64,000 nt of DNA from an uncultured delta proteobacterium (GTDB taxonomy: Bacteria > Myxococcota_A > Polyangia > Fen-1088), in NCBI GenBank assembly GCA_963737265.1, contig CAVTRY010000011.1:1120001-1184000 (forward strand), in the 5' to 3' direction. The notes below the pieces were generated by a model. That model ran no database searches. It had not been told where the DNA came from and was given only the letters and a program-made list of their open reading frames with translations. This document shows, piece after piece, positions 20,639-32,589 of this stretch. The translations under genes and the position numbers were made by a program. Position 1 is the stretch's first letter. Each line of letters begins with the position of its first letter.

Positions 20639-21169
20639 CTACTTCTTCTCGCTGTCCTTGAGACCGCCCTCGCGCGCGGATAACAGGTAAACAAAGTTCT
20701 GCGGTGCAGCGCCAAGCAGGCGCAGGAAGCCCTGGGGTGCGGCCAGCAACGTTGCCAGGAAGGTCGCGCGAGCCTCGTCTTTGCCGGGCAGCGTGGAAAG
20801 AGCTTCGACACCCTTCTGGTCTAGCAACCGGCCGCCGATGTAGCCACCCTTGATGACGAACTTGCTCTCGGCCTTGGCCACCTTGGTCGCGACCTTGGCG
20901 GGCGCGGACGGATCCTCGACCGAGTAGGCGATCGCGGTCGGACCAGCGAGGAGCTTTTCGAGCACCTCCATGGCCGTGCCCTTGACCGCCTTACCGAGCA
21001 ATGTGTTCTTGACGACTTGGTATTCGCAGCCCACGGCGCGAAATTCGCGTCGCAGTTTGTTGTCGCTCTCGACGGTGAGACCGCGAAAATCGGCGATGAT
21101 TAGGCTCTGCGCCGAAGCAAGCCGCGTCTTGAGTGCGTCGATATTGGCGTTTTTTTCTGTGGAATTCAC
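20639..21169 (-). CDS. rplJ: 50S ribosomal protein L10
   Basis: ADFRGLTV, VVKNTL; position. Confidence 0.96.
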   Translation of the reverse strand: MNSTEKNANIDALKTRLASAQSLIIADFRGLTVESDNKLRREFRAVGCEYQVVKNTLLGKAVKGTAMEVLEKLLAGPTAIAYSVEDPSAPAKVATKVAKAESKFVIKGGYIGGRLLDQKGVEALSTLPGKDEARATFLATLLAAPQGFLRLLGAAPQNFVYLLSAREGGLKDSEKK

Positions 21170-21183
21170 GATGAAAGTCCTTC

Positions 21184-21897
21184 CTATTGCACGCCGAATT
21201 CGGCGACGAGCGGGACGGTGTCAACCTTGATCCCAGGACCCATCGTAGTGGAAAGAGTAACCGACCTCATGTACGTGCCTTTTGCCGAGGCCGGTTTCAT
21301 CTTGATGAGCGTCTCGACCATGACACGCGCGTTGGCGAGAAGCTTGTCCCCGCCAAAGGAGGCTTTGCCGATTCTCGCATGAACCACGCCAGCCTTCTCG
21401 ACGCGAAACTCGACGCGCCCGGCTTTGAGCTCGCGCACGGCCTTGGCCACATCGGTGGTCACCGTTCCGACCTTGGGGTTCGGCATGAGACCCTTGGGAC
21501 CAAGCACCCGCCCCAAACGGCCAACCAAACCCATCATGTCGGGCGTGGCAACCATGGAGTCGAAATCGGTCCAGTTTTCCTTCTGAATCTTTTCGACTAA
21601 GTCCTCCGCGCCGACGAAGTCAGCGCCGGCGTCCTTGGCGTCCTTGGCCTTGTCGCCCTTGGCGATGACAGCCACGCGCAGGGTTTTGCCGGTTCCGTGG
21701 GGCAGCACGACCGCGCCACGTACCATCTGATCGGCATGTTTAGGATCGACGCCGAGCCGAACTGCGATGTCGACGCTCTCGTCGAACTTCGCGACCTTGG
21801 TCTCGGGCAATAATTTGCATGCGTCCGCCAAGGTGTATCGCTTGGTGCGATCCACCTTCGCCTCGGCCTTCTTGTACTTCTTTCCTGTTTTGGGCAT
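21184..21897 (-). CDS. rplA: 50S ribosomal protein L1
   Basis: [16 protein letters not shown]. Confidence 0.98.
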   Translation of the reverse strand: MPKTGKKYKKAEAKVDRTKRYTLADACKLLPETKVAKFDESVDIAVRLGVDPKHADQMVRGAVVLPHGTGKTLRVAVIAKGDKAKDAKDAGADFVGAEDLVEKIQKENWTDFDSMVATPDMMGLVGRLGRVLGPKGLMPNPKVGTVTTDVAKAVRELKAGRVEFRVEKAGVVHARIGKASFGGDKLLANARVMVETLIKMKPASAKGTYMRSVTLSTTMGPGIKVDTVPLVAEFGVQ

Positions 21898-21917
21898 GTT
21901 TTCCTACTCTGCGGCGG

Positions 21918-22364
21918 TCAGCCTTCCACCTCGACGCCCATCGATTTTGCGGTTCCCGCAATGGTCCGCATCGCCGATTCGACGCTGGTGGTGTTGAGGT
22001 CAGGGAGCTTGGTGGTGGCGATGTCGCGCAGCTGTTTCTTGCTGAGCTTACCCACCTTGACTTTGTTGGGCTCTTTCGAGCCGGATCCCGGTTTCTTGGC
22101 CGTGGACAGCCCGACGGCTTTCTTGATTAGCACGGCCGCGGGTGGCGTTTTGGTAATAAACGTAAATGAGCGATCCGAAAACACCGTGATGACCACGGGG
22201 ATCGTCATCTCGTCCTTCGCCTGAGCCTGCGTGCGCGCGTTGAACTGCTTGCAGAAGTCCATGATGTTCACGCCGTGCTGACCCAGCGCGGGCCCAACGG
22301 GTGGTGCCGGATTGGCCTTGCCGGCTGGAATCTGGAGCTTGATGTATCCTGTTACTTTCTTCAT
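21918..22364 (-). CDS. rplK: 50S ribosomal protein L11
   Basis: [26 protein letters not shown]. Confidence 0.98.
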   Translation of the reverse strand: MKKVTGYIKLQIPAGKANPAPPVGPALGQHGVNIMDFCKQFNARTQAQAKDEMTIPVVITVFSDRSFTFITKTPPAAVLIKKAVGLSTAKKPGSGSKEPNKVKVGKLSKKQLRDIATTKLPDLNTTSVESAMRTIAGTAKSMGVEVEG

Positions 22365-22381
22365 GGAATCAACCTAGCGGT

Positions 22382-22909
22382 TCAGACTTTCTCGACCTGA
22401 GCGAAGTCGAGCTCGACCGGGGTAGCCCGGCCGAAGATGGAAAGATTCACGCGAAGCTTCTGCTTCTCTTGCTTCACTTCGACAACGATGCCCGTGAAGT
22501 TCGCAAACGGCCCTTCGGTCACGCGAACATTGTCGTTCTCTTTGAAATTCTCTCGCGGCCGAGGGCGCGACGCACCCTCGGTAATAGCCGTATTGATATT
22601 TTGGATCTCGGTTTCCTTCACCGGTTGCGGGTTCATCCCGCCCAGAAACCCCGTGATGCGCGGCGTGTTCTTCACCAGGTGGAAGGTTTCCTGGTCCAAA
22701 TCCATCTGTACGAACATGTAGCCAGGGAAGAATTTCCGCGTCGTGGAGCGCTTCTGCCCCTTCACCAATTCGACAACCGTGTCGGTGGGAATGAGAACAC
22801 TGCCGAACTTTTCGTTCAGCCCAGCCTGTCGCACCCGATCGAGCAACGACAAACGTGCTTTGTTCTCATGTCCCGAATACGTATGCACGACATACCATTT
22901 CATCGCCAT
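22382..22909 (-). CDS. nusG: Transcription termination/antitermination factor NusG
   Basis: KWYVVHTYSGHE, FFPGY, IFGRATPVEL. Confidence 0.97.
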   Translation of the reverse strand: MAMKWYVVHTYSGHENKARLSLLDRVRQAGLNEKFGSVLIPTDTVVELVKGQKRSTTRKFFPGYMFVQMDLDQETFHLVKNTPRITGFLGGMNPQPVKETEIQNINTAITEGASRPRPRENFKENDNVRVTEGPFANFTGIVVEVKQEKQKLRVNLSIFGRATPVELDFAQVEKV

Positions 22910-22929
22910 GGAGCTCACCGCCTCAGGTG

Positions 22930-23286
22930 TCACTTGAGGATCTTGCCCGCAAGAAACGCCCAAATAACGTCGAAAAACGACAGAATGAGCGTTGCGATGA
23001 GGACCGTAACGATTACAACAATCGTTGCGTAATAGGTTTCCTTCTTGGTCGGCCAGGTGACCTTCTCGAGCTCCCTGGTCACGTCGGATGCCGTCGCGAA
23101 CACACGTTCGTTGCGATAGGCAATAACGCCTCCGACGACGCCACAAACCAGCGCGACCCCCTGCATCGCCAACTCGTTCGGCTTGGCGAAGTAACTCCAG
23201 ATCCAGTCCCCAGTCTTATAGATCAGGAACGAGAGCAAGAGCACTCCGACGGCGAATGTCAAATGGATGTATTTATTAGGGCCCAT
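22930..23286 (-). CDS. secE: Preprotein translocase subunit SecE
   Basis: ELEKVTWPTKKET motif, three hydrophobic segments, upstream of nusG. Confidence 0.94.
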   Translation of the reverse strand: MGPNKYIHLTFAVGVLLLSFLIYKTGDWIWSYFAKPNELAMQGVALVCGVVGGVIAYRNERVFATASDVTRELEKVTWPTKKETYYATIVVIVTVLIATLILSFFDVIWAFLAGKILK

Positions 23287-23318
23287 GATTGCCCGCTAAG
23301 CTCCCCGTGAAATCGCAG

Positions 23319-23391
23319 CAGGGCAGGAGGGACTCGAACCCACAACACGCGGTTTTGGAGACCGCTGCTCTACCATTGGAGCTACTGCCCT
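23319..23391 (-). tRNA. tRNA-Trp (CCA)
   Basis: Cloverleaf AGGGCAG...CTGCCCT, anticodon loop CTCCAAA, GTTCGA T-loop; 3' CCA not encoded. Confidence 0.96.
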
Positions 23392-23397
23392 ATTGTA

Positions 23398-23669
23398 ATG
23401 GGAACCCTGGGAGGGTTCCCAAACCCTCCCGCGCTCTGGCTGCGGCGGGCATAGCTCGCCTACGCCAACGCGACCGATGGGAACTTCGCTGGGAACCCTG
23501 AAAGGGTTCCCATACCCTCCCGCGATGGTCCGCGGCGAGCCAAGCTCGCCGACTCCCCACGCGCCGTTGGGAACCCACGATGGACCGGAGGTGACGCACT
23601 GGCGAAGGCGGGCTTTGCCTGCCGGAGCCAGAGCGCGGGTGGGTTTGGGAACCCTCCCAGGATTCCCAT
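23398..23669. repeat. REP/BIME- or MITE-like palindromic repeat cluster
   Basis: 70-bp units at 23398-23467 and 23600-23669 are inverted copies (63/70 identical); degenerate third copy about 23490-23550; each opens with hairpin GGGAACCCT-NNN-AGGGTTCCC. Confidence 0.8.
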
Positions 23670-23681
23670 CAAAATAACCCA

Positions 23682-23840
23682 TCACTTCGCCTCCTTGTGC
23701 TCCGTGTGCTTGCGGCAGCGGCTGCAAAACTTCGACAGCTTGAGCTTTTCCGCATTCGCGCGCTTGTTCTTCGTACTGGAGTAGTTGCGCTCGCGACATT
23801 CTTGACACTCCAGGGTAATGATGACTCGCGCGGTGGCCAC
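23682..23840 (-). CDS. rpmG: 50S ribosomal protein L33, Zn-binding type
   Basis: Not in ORF track; manual translation [26 protein letters not shown]...[16 protein letters not shown]. Confidence 0.96.
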   Translation of the reverse strand: MATARVIITLECQECRERNYSSTKNKRANAEKLKLSKFCSRCRKHTEHKEAK

Positions 23841-23875
23841 GGGCGTCCTCCTCGTTCAGTTTCCGTTGAAGGTCG

Positions 23876-25072
<1,197 letters not shown>

Positions 25073-25151
25073 CGTCTGATCTCCGGAAGAGCGTCTCGTT
25101 TGTTCTGTTCAGCCCTGTCGACAATCTTGCTCAAGTATCTTGCTCACGCAG

Positions 25152-25225
<74 letters not shown>

Positions 25226-25320
25226 GACCCCTATCTGCTTTGGTTAGTTCCGCTTTTCGAATCCCCTTCTACATCGTTCTTTGGGCATTCTGCCAGGATT
25301 GGGTAGCAGCCTGCCCGCTG

Positions 25321-25393
<73 letters not shown>

Positions 25394-25445
25394 ATCGATT
25401 CTCGCTATTTTGTTTTCGGTCCGTTCCAAGAAAGCCCGCTGTATC

Positions 25446-25530
<85 letters not shown>

Positions 25531-25618
25531 GAAACACGTCTTCTCCGACAATGCACCCGGCCATATGTAGAAACCGAACGCTTCGTTATTTTTTCTATGG
25601 ATTCCTCGATAGGTGCGG

Positions 25619-25690
25619 AGCTGGCGATGGGAATCGAACCCGCAGCCTGCTGATTACAAATCAGCTGCTCTACCATTGAGCTACGCCAGC
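25619..25690 (-). tRNA. tRNA-Thr (TGT)
   Basis: GCTGGCG...CGCCAGC, loop TTTGTAA. Confidence 0.96.
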
Positions 25691-25782
25691 GCCGGGTTTT
25701 CATCAGATTTCCTGTGATTTCGCCTAGTTAATCGGTCTCGCCCTGCGGGTGCAGCTATATCCTCCGCACGCAGAGGCGCGAA

Positions 25783-25811
25783 CGTATATGTCGGTATTGG
25801 GAGCCTGTCAA
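25783..25811 (-). promoter_or_regulatory. Probable sigma70 promoter of the tRNA-tuf operon
   Basis: Minus strand TTGACA-N17-TATACG about 90 bp upstream of the first tRNA. Confidence 0.6.
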
Positions 25812-25882
25812 GCAGAATCCTGGCCGAGCAGCCTTGCTCGGCTCGAAACAGGCCGCGGCTCTCCAATCCCAGGCGCATGACA

Positions 25883-27151
25883 TCATAAGACGTGGCGTCT
25901 TATTGCGTCACCTTCACTCGGCGACGATTCTTCCGGGGACTCGCCGCGACGGAGCGGCGCCTTGGGCACGGGCGGAGCCACCGGGTCCGGGCTCGGCAAG
26001 GGCGCGCTGTTCTTGAGGCTGTCGTCATCTCCGGGCGGCAGCTTGGGATCGAGCAGCCGGAGCAGCTTGGCGTAGGCCAATTTGCTCTTCGCCGCCCAAT
26101 CGGTCGTGACGCCGAGGCGTTCGACCATCAACAAGTTTTCGCGCTGCCAGCGCATGGACTTTTCAAGCAGGATGCGAATCTTCTTGTGCAGCTCTTCCTG
26201 ATATACCTCGCGCGCCTCGGCGTTCAGCTCGGGTGGGATGGGCACGTTCATGAATGCGTCGTAGAGCTCCTCGTAGAGAGAGCCGACCTGAAAACCCGCT
26301 GCGGACGCCCACGCTGGGTTGCCGAACTTGATGGTATCGATGTAGGCACGCTGGGCGGTTAGAAGCAGGTGCGCCTTCTCCTCGAGATCCTTGTCGAGTC
26401 GCGCTTCCGGAAGTCGCAACGCCGCGTTGCGAAAGCGCAGATGATAAATCTGCCCCAGGTGGTACTGCGAAAAAGCCAGGTAGAAGTCCGTCGCGAGGCG
26501 CTCCTCGGTCTCGATGCGCTGCTTGTACGACATGGCTGCGCGAAAGGTCTTCTCGGCTGTATCGAGATCGCCCAGGTTGAACTGGGCAAAGCCGCGTCGG
26601 GCGATGGCTTCGATGTGGTCATCCGCATTCAGATCGGTTCGTTCGAGGATGCGAGCGAAGACCTCGGCCGATGCGGGCCAGTTGGTTTGCTCGGCGTAGC
26701 AGGCGCCTAGCTGAAACAGCGAGTCCTTGGCGTCGGGGTGTTTCGGGTACTTTTCGACCAGCACTTTGAACGACTCGATGGCGGCTGGCCAGTCCGCCTG
26801 ACCGACCTGGGCCAGGCCAAGATTGTAGAGCGCGGGGCGGGCGTAGGACGACTCGGGGAAGTTCTTGAGCAGTTTGCCGTAGGTCTTCACCGCGTCCTCC
26901 AAGCGCTTCTCGGACAACGCGGTGCCTGCCTGTTCGAACAGCTCCGGCGCATCGAAAGCATCCATGTGGATGCCGTCGGCGCTGCTCGTGGCCTCGATCT
27001 TGATGGGATCCATGTCGAGGTGAAGCGCCGGCTCGGGGCCGGCCGCGGGCGGCTGCCGCTGGGCCGTGGTCCCGCAACCGGCCGCGAAGCCCAACATGAC
27101 CAGCAGCAGGTACCTTTGCGCTTTGTCCTTTGTTTGGTTGAAATTCCTCAT
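25883..27151 (-). CDS. TPR-repeat lipoprotein (BamD/CpoB-like repeats)
   Basis: Lipobox-like LGFAAGC; repeats such as ALYNLGLAQ and SLFQLGACY; start inferred at MRNF. Confidence 0.8.
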   Translation of the reverse strand: MRNFNQTKDKAQRYLLLVMLGFAAGCGTTAQRQPPAAGPEPALHLDMDPIKIEATSSADGIHMDAFDAPELFEQAGTALSEKRLEDAVKTYGKLLKNFPESSYARPALYNLGLAQVGQADWPAAIESFKVLVEKYPKHPDAKDSLFQLGACYAEQTNWPASAEVFARILERTDLNADDHIEAIARRGFAQFNLGDLDTAEKTFRAAMSYKQRIETEERLATDFYLAFSQYHLGQIYHLRFRNAALRLPEARLDKDLEEKAHLLLTAQRAYIDTIKFGNPAWASAAGFQVGSLYEELYDAFMNVPIPPELNAEAREVYQEELHKKIRILLEKSMRWQRENLLMVERLGVTTDWAAKSKLAYAKLLRLLDPKLPPGDDDSLKNSAPLPSPDPVAPPVPKAPLRRGESPEESSPSEGDAIRRHVL

Positions 27152-27225
27152 GGTGCCCCCTGCCCCTATGGACAACCCATCCCCGGCCGGGTTCCAGTCT
27201 ATCTTATCGGCGGAAGGAGAAGGCT

Positions 27226-27801
27226 TTGGATCATAGTTTCCCAAACAACATCGTACCACCGCCCCAGCTCATTTCGGCCGCGCAAATCGCCACCCGGGTA
27301 GCCACGCTGGGCCGCGAAATCGGGTCGGCGCTGCCTGACGGGACAATCCACGTCATCGGCGTTCTGCGGGGCGCCTTCGTCTTCATGTCGGATCTCGTTC
27401 GTGTGCTGCCCAGGGAAACGCGCTGCGATTTTCTGGCCGTACGCAGCTACGGCTCGACCACCGAAACCTCGGGCGTCGTCGAGATCACCCACGACCTAGG
27501 CTTGCCCATCGCCGGTGAGCACGTCCTCCTGGTCGAAGACATCGTGGACACCGGCCTCACGCTCCTTTATCTGCTCGATGTCCTGAAAGCCCGCCAGCCC
27601 GCCAGCGTGAGCGTGTGCGCCCTCCTCAACAAGCCTTCCCGCCGCCGGGTGGAGGTTCCGCTCGACTTCCACGACTTCACTATCCCCGATCTGTTTGTCG
27701 TCGGCTATGGACTCGACTACGATCAACGCTATCGAAATCTCCCGTACATCGGCGTCATCCAAGAACACACCAAGCAAGAACACACAGAGCAAGGCCAATG
27801 A
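27226..27801 (+). CDS. hpt: Hypoxanthine phosphoribosyltransferase
   Basis: VLLVEDIVDTGLTL, FVVGYGLDYDQRYRNLPYIG; start uncertain. Confidence 0.95.
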   Translation: MDHSFPNNIVPPPQLISAAQIATRVATLGREIGSALPDGTIHVIGVLRGAFVFMSDLVRVLPRETRCDFLAVRSYGSTTETSGVVEITHDLGLPIAGEHVLLVEDIVDTGLTLLYLLDVLKARQPASVSVCALLNKPSRRRVEVPLDFHDFTIPDLFVVGYGLDYDQRYRNLPYIGVIQEHTKQEHTEQGQ

Positions 27802-28544
27802 GACAAGCCATCGTTCTTCAGCACGTCGATCGTGAAGGGCCGGGGTACATCGCGGACCTTTGCCGGCAGCGCGGGTTCAGCGTGCACATCCTTCGCCTGG
27901 ATCTCGGCGTCCCAGTGCCGGCCTCGCTAAGCGACGGTGATCTGCTGGTGGTCATGGGCGGATCGATGGGCATCGGGGATCTCGAGGACGCCCGCTTTCC
28001 CTTTCTCGCCCGCGAGGTCGGCCTTCTTCGCGAAGTCCTGGCGCGGGGGCAGCCGGTGCTCGGCGTGTGTCTCGGCGCTCAGCTGCTCGCGCACGCGGCC
28101 GGCAGCCGCGTGTATCCCAACCAACGCCGAGACGAACACGGCGTCTTGCGACCAGCGCGCGAGGTTGGATTCGGCGAGGTTCGCCTGCTGGAAACCCCGC
28201 GCGAGCCGGCTTTCGCGGGATTTGGCAAGACCATCAAGGTGCTGCACTGGCACGGCGATACTTTCGATCTGCCGGCCGGATCGGTGCATTTGGCGGCGAG
28301 CGACGCCTGCGCGAACCAGGCATTTCGCATCGGTCGGCGCGCCTTCGGGCTGCAGTTTCACGTCGAAACCGACGCCGAGTTGGTGCGCCAGTGGGCGAAT
28401 GATGATTCCGACTTCGCCGTCAGCGCGCTCGGTCCCGACGGCCCCGCGACCGTCGCAGCGATGAGCGAGCAAGGCGCGCGCGAAGTCGGCGCGACGGGAA
28501 GAAAGCTCATCGAGAACATTCTCGGCGAGATGCTGACAGAGTAG
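27798..28544 (+). CDS. Class I glutamine amidotransferase (GMP synthase-like)
   Basis: LGVCLGAQLLA, WHGDTF, GLQFHVE triad motifs. Confidence 0.92.
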   Translation: MRQAIVLQHVDREGPGYIADLCRQRGFSVHILRLDLGVPVPASLSDGDLLVVMGGSMGIGDLEDARFPFLAREVGLLREVLARGQPVLGVCLGAQLLAHAAGSRVYPNQRRDEHGVLRPAREVGFGEVRLLETPREPAFAGFGKTIKVLHWHGDTFDLPAGSVHLAASDACANQAFRIGRRAFGLQFHVETDAELVRQWANDDSDFAVSALGPDGPATVAAMSEQGAREVGATGRKLIENILGEMLTE

Positions 28545-28635
28545 AGCCGCTGCTCTTTTTCGGGGCGAGGAGCAAATCGAACCTGGCAGGTAACACTTCT
28601 GCGCAGCGCCGGTGTTCTGGTAGGAGAGAGCCCGC

Positions 28636-29130
28636 ATGGCGGTAGACATCGAAAGCTTCTATCGGCTTCACGGACCGATGGTTCTGCGTCGGTGCCGCCG
28701 TCTCCTGCGGGACGAAGCAAAGGCGGTGGATGCCATGCACGACGTTTTCGTTGAAATTTTGCGCCGCAAGGACACCCTGGACGCAAGCGCGCCCGCCGGG
28801 CTGCTGCTGACCACGGCGACCCACGTCTGCCTCAATCGGCTACGCGGCGATCGCCGCAAACCAGAGGATTCCGACGACGAGATGATGTTTCACATCGCGG
28901 CGCTCGGAAGCGGGGCGAACCCCGAAACACGCACGCTGGCTGGCCGGATCCTGGACCGACTGTTTGCCGGCCAGCCCGAGTCGACCCGCCTCATCGCCGT
29001 TCTCCACTATGTCGATCGCCTGACGCTCGAAGAAGTGGCCAGCGAGGTTGGCCTGTCCGTGTCCGGCGTACGCAAGCGTCTGCGAACGCTCAAAGAACGC
29101 TTGCCAGCCGCGGTGGAGGCAGCGTCGTGA
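28636..29130 (+). CDS. ECF-family RNA polymerase sigma factor
   Basis: Region 2 (AVDAMHDVFV) and region 4 HTH (LTLEEVASEVGLSVSGVRKRL). Confidence 0.9.
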   Translation: MAVDIESFYRLHGPMVLRRCRRLLRDEAKAVDAMHDVFVEILRRKDTLDASAPAGLLLTTATHVCLNRLRGDRRKPEDSDDEMMFHIAALGSGANPETRTLAGRILDRLFAGQPESTRLIAVLHYVDRLTLEEVASEVGLSVSGVRKRLRTLKERLPAAVEAAS

Positions 29131-29918
29131 AGCCCACCGACGAAAGAGCTCCTGACTGGCTAGTCGAACGATTGGCCGCGGGCGAATTGCCCGAAGCGCG
29201 GGCGAACGATCTGCGCGCCCGACTGCACGCGCGCGGCGAAGAACACCGCATGTCCGCTCTTGTCTCCTCCAACGCAGAGATTTTGGCTGCGCTGCCGCCG
29301 GAACGCGCGCTGCCCGAGATTCGGCGCCGAGCAGACCGCCAGCCACGGAATGTGCCGCGGCCTACCCGCTTGTGGTGGACGCTGTCGATGGCCACGGCTG
29401 GCGTCGCAGCCTTCGCCATGATTCTTGCCGTGCAAGAGCACAAGGGATCGCGAGCGCCGGATCAGGTTTCAGAAGATCCGCTTTCTGAATCGGAACAGGC
29501 CGAGGGCATCGGCATCAAAGGCGACCTCAAACCCGTGCTGCGCATTTATCGCAAGTCCGCGGCGGGCGCGGAGGCGCTGCGACCCGGCGCAAAGATTTAC
29601 CAAGGCGACGCTTTACAGATCCGCTATGTGGCCGCCGGGCGGCGTTTCGGGATCATCGCTTCGATCGATGCCCGCGGAACCATCACGCTTCATCTGCCGG
29701 AAACACCGGGCCGGGCCGTTGCGCTCGAACGCGACGGAGAGCGAGCCCTTCCTCACGCCTACGAGCTCGACGATGCCCCTGGCTTCGAACGATTCGTGTT
29801 CGTGACCGCGGACTCGCCTTTCGATTCTGCCGACGTGACCCGCGCGCTCGGAAGCGGTGGCGCCCTGCCCGCTCCGCTCACTTCGTTCGACCTTACCTTG
29901 AAGAAGGAAAGACCATGA
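29127..29918 (+). CDS. Membrane-anchored putative anti-sigma factor (ActD-like)
   Basis: PDWLVERLAAGEL N-terminus, single TM, overlaps the sigma stop codon. Confidence 0.65.
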   Translation: MKPTDERAPDWLVERLAAGELPEARANDLRARLHARGEEHRMSALVSSNAEILAALPPERALPEIRRRADRQPRNVPRPTRLWWTLSMATAGVAAFAMILAVQEHKGSRAPDQVSEDPLSESEQAEGIGIKGDLKPVLRIYRKSAAGAEALRPGAKIYQGDALQIRYVAAGRRFGIIASIDARGTITLHLPETPGRAVALERDGERALPHAYELDDAPGFERFVFVTADSPFDSADVTRALGSGGALPAPLTSFDLTLKKERP

Positions 29919-32174
29919 CCCGCGCCATCCTATTTTTAGCCGCTGTGCTCGGATTCGCCGGACCGTCCCTGGCCGCCGAGTCTCCCGCCGAGGCAACCGC
30001 GCTCCGCCGGTTCGCCCTCGTGGCGTCGTCGAACGACGGCGGACCAGGCCGCGCAAGGCTGCGTTTTGCCAACTCCGACGGCGACTCGGTTGCGCGCATC
30101 CTCGCCAGTCTGGGCGGCGTGCACGCGGACGACCTGCTCGTCGTCCGCGACGCCACGCGAGCCCGTTTGCTCCAGGCCTTTGGCGAGCTCAAGACCGAGA
30201 TCGGGCGCGAACGGCGGCCGTTCGTGCGCCGCGAGGTGTTCGTGTACTACTCGGGACATTCGGACGAAGAAGGTCTTCTTCTCGGAGAAGAACGCGTCGG
30301 CTACCGCGAGTTACGCCAGTGGATCGATGGTGTGGGCGCCGACGTCCGCATCGCCATTCTCGACTCGTGCGCCTCGGGGACACTCATTCGGCTTAAAGGC
30401 GGCGTCCATCGCGCACCCTTTCTTAGCGATGTTTCCACCCAAGCGCGCGGCCACGCCTTTCTTACCGCCAGCTCCGCCGACGAAGCCGCGCAGGAGTCGG
30501 ACCGCGTGGGCGCCGCCTTCTTCACCCACTACCTGCTTTCCGGCATGCGCGGCGCTGCCGACGCCAACCACGACCAGCGCGTGACCCTCAACGAAGCCTA
30601 CCAGTTCGCCTACAACGAGACCCTGCAGCGAACGGAAACCTCGCGCGCGGGTGCGCAACATCCCGCCTACGATATTCAGCTCGCCGGCACCGGCGATCTC
30701 GTGATGACCGACTTGCACGCCTCCGGCTCGCGCCTGGTGCTGGCGCGCGAGCTTTCCGGCCGCATCTACATCCGCGACGCTGGCGGTCGTCTGGTGGTGG
30801 AATTGCACAAAGAACCCACCTATCCCGTTCGAGCTCGGTCTTGAACCTGGTTCGTACCGCGTCGTTCTCGACAGTGACGGCCGCATTTCCGAGGGTACGT
30901 TCGATCTCGCGGGCAACGGCCGCGTGGAGCTATCTGCCGACCAGCTCAAACCCGTCGCGGCGCTCGTCAGCACCCGGCGTGGCGACGAGCCGACCGGTGT
31001 GCTGCCCGCGGCTTCCCCGTCCGTGGCGGCCGAGCCAGAGACAAATCGACACTACCGCCACGTCGGTTTCGATCTCGTTCTGGCGCCAGGCTTCCGCATG
31101 TCCGGGGACACCGGCCTTCCGGTCGAGCACGGATTTGTCCTGGGCGTCGTCGGCCATTCCGATAGCCTGCGCGGCGCCCAGCTTTCGCTCGCCGGCAACA
31201 TCGCCCAGGATGGCGTGGTCGGTGCCCAGGTCGGCGGCGCCTTCGCGCTCAGCTATGGACCCGTTCTCGGCGCCCAGCTGGCGGCCTACAACATGGCGAT
31301 GAGCGGCCTGCGCGGCGCCCAAGTCGGCTGGATTGCGAACGTCGCGCGCGGTCCCGTGCGAGGCGCGCAAGTCAGCATGGTCAATGTGGCCAATGGCCCC
31401 ACTCGCGGCGCGCAAGTTGGATTGGTCAACGTGGAAAAGGGCGACATCAACGGCGCCCAGATCGGCCTCGTCAACGTCGATAGGCCCGCCGCCGAATCAC
31501 GAGGTGCTCAGATCGGCTTGGTCAACGCCACCGGGGGAACGGGCGCCCGCACGGCTTCGAGCGTGGGCCTTGTGAATGTGGCGACCAAGCAGCACGGCGT
31601 CCAGGTCGGATTGGTCAACGTCGTCGACGAGATCGACGGGGTTCAGGTCGGGCTGGTCAGCTTCGCACGCAAGAACAACGGCGCATCCATCGCGCTCGTC
31701 CCCATCGTTCTCGACGGCGACAATCGCTTGACCCTGGGCTGGAGCGACGCCAGCGCTGGCAATCTCGGCTTCAAGCTCGGAACCCGCCGGTTCTACGTCG
31801 CGGCTGCCTTGGGCATCACGCGCGACATCGACCGCGACGGGCATCGCGAGTATTCGAGCACGTTTGGACTTGGCGTTCATATCATCCCGCGCGGGAATCC
31901 GTTCTTCCTCGATGTGGACGCATCGAGCGCGAGCTTCGCGACCCTCGCCCACGCCCACGACGAGCAGCGCTGGATCCACAGCCTGCGCCTGCAAGTCGGC
32001 TATGCGCTCGCCAAGCACCTCGCTCTCGTCGCTGGCCCGAGCTTGAACGTGCAGGAAGCCCGCGGCGACGATGACCGACGACCACGTGGTGTGAGCTTTG
32101 CCGAGCAGATGTGGACCAGTGGCCGGACCACGGTGCGCATGTATCCTGGCATCAGCGCTGGGCTCGAGTTCTAG
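29915..32174 (+). CDS. Caspase-family (C14) protease with GAQxGLVN repeats and probable C-terminal beta-barrel; +1 frameshift near 30828
   Basis: Signal peptide; YYSGHS and LDSCAS dyad; removing one T joins ORFs 29915-30844 and 30924-32174 (YPVELGLEPGSYR); ends in Phe. Confidence 0.8.
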
Positions 32175-32589
32175 CCCGACGTCTAGCTAGCTTCCTCGCC
32201 AACGGCACATCCGCCGGCGGCATCATCGTCTTCACCAGCTGGCGGCGCGGAACCCAGGCGAGCGCTTCGACCGTTACGGGACGGGCGAGGCCGGCGACGA
32301 TGCGAGCGCGATACACCAGCATGAGCAGGTCGAAATCCGGGTAGGCGTGATACACGACCTCGACAATGTCATCCACGCGAATCGCACAGCCAAGCTCCTC
32401 GCAGATCTCGCGCTGCAAGGCTGCCGCGGGTGATTCCCCCGCTTCCACCTTTCCGCCGGGGAATTCCCAGGCCAGTGGAAACGACTGATCGGCGCGGCGC
32501 TGAGACAGAAGAATTCGGCCGCGTTGCTCGACCAGTGCCGCAACCACCAGCAGCCGCTGACGCTCAGGTTTGCGCCTGGCTCGCGCCAA
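32152..32589 (-). CDS. NUDIX hydrolase, MutT-like
   Basis: WEFPGGKVEAGESPAAALQREICEELG Nudix box. Confidence 0.9.
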   Translation of the reverse strand: MARARRKPERQRLLVVAALVEQRGRILLSQRRADQSFPLAWEFPGGKVEAGESPAAALQREICEELGCAIRVDDIVEVVYHAYPDFDLLMLVYRARIVAGLARPVTVEALAWVPRRQLVKTMMPPADVPLARKLARRRARTRAQR

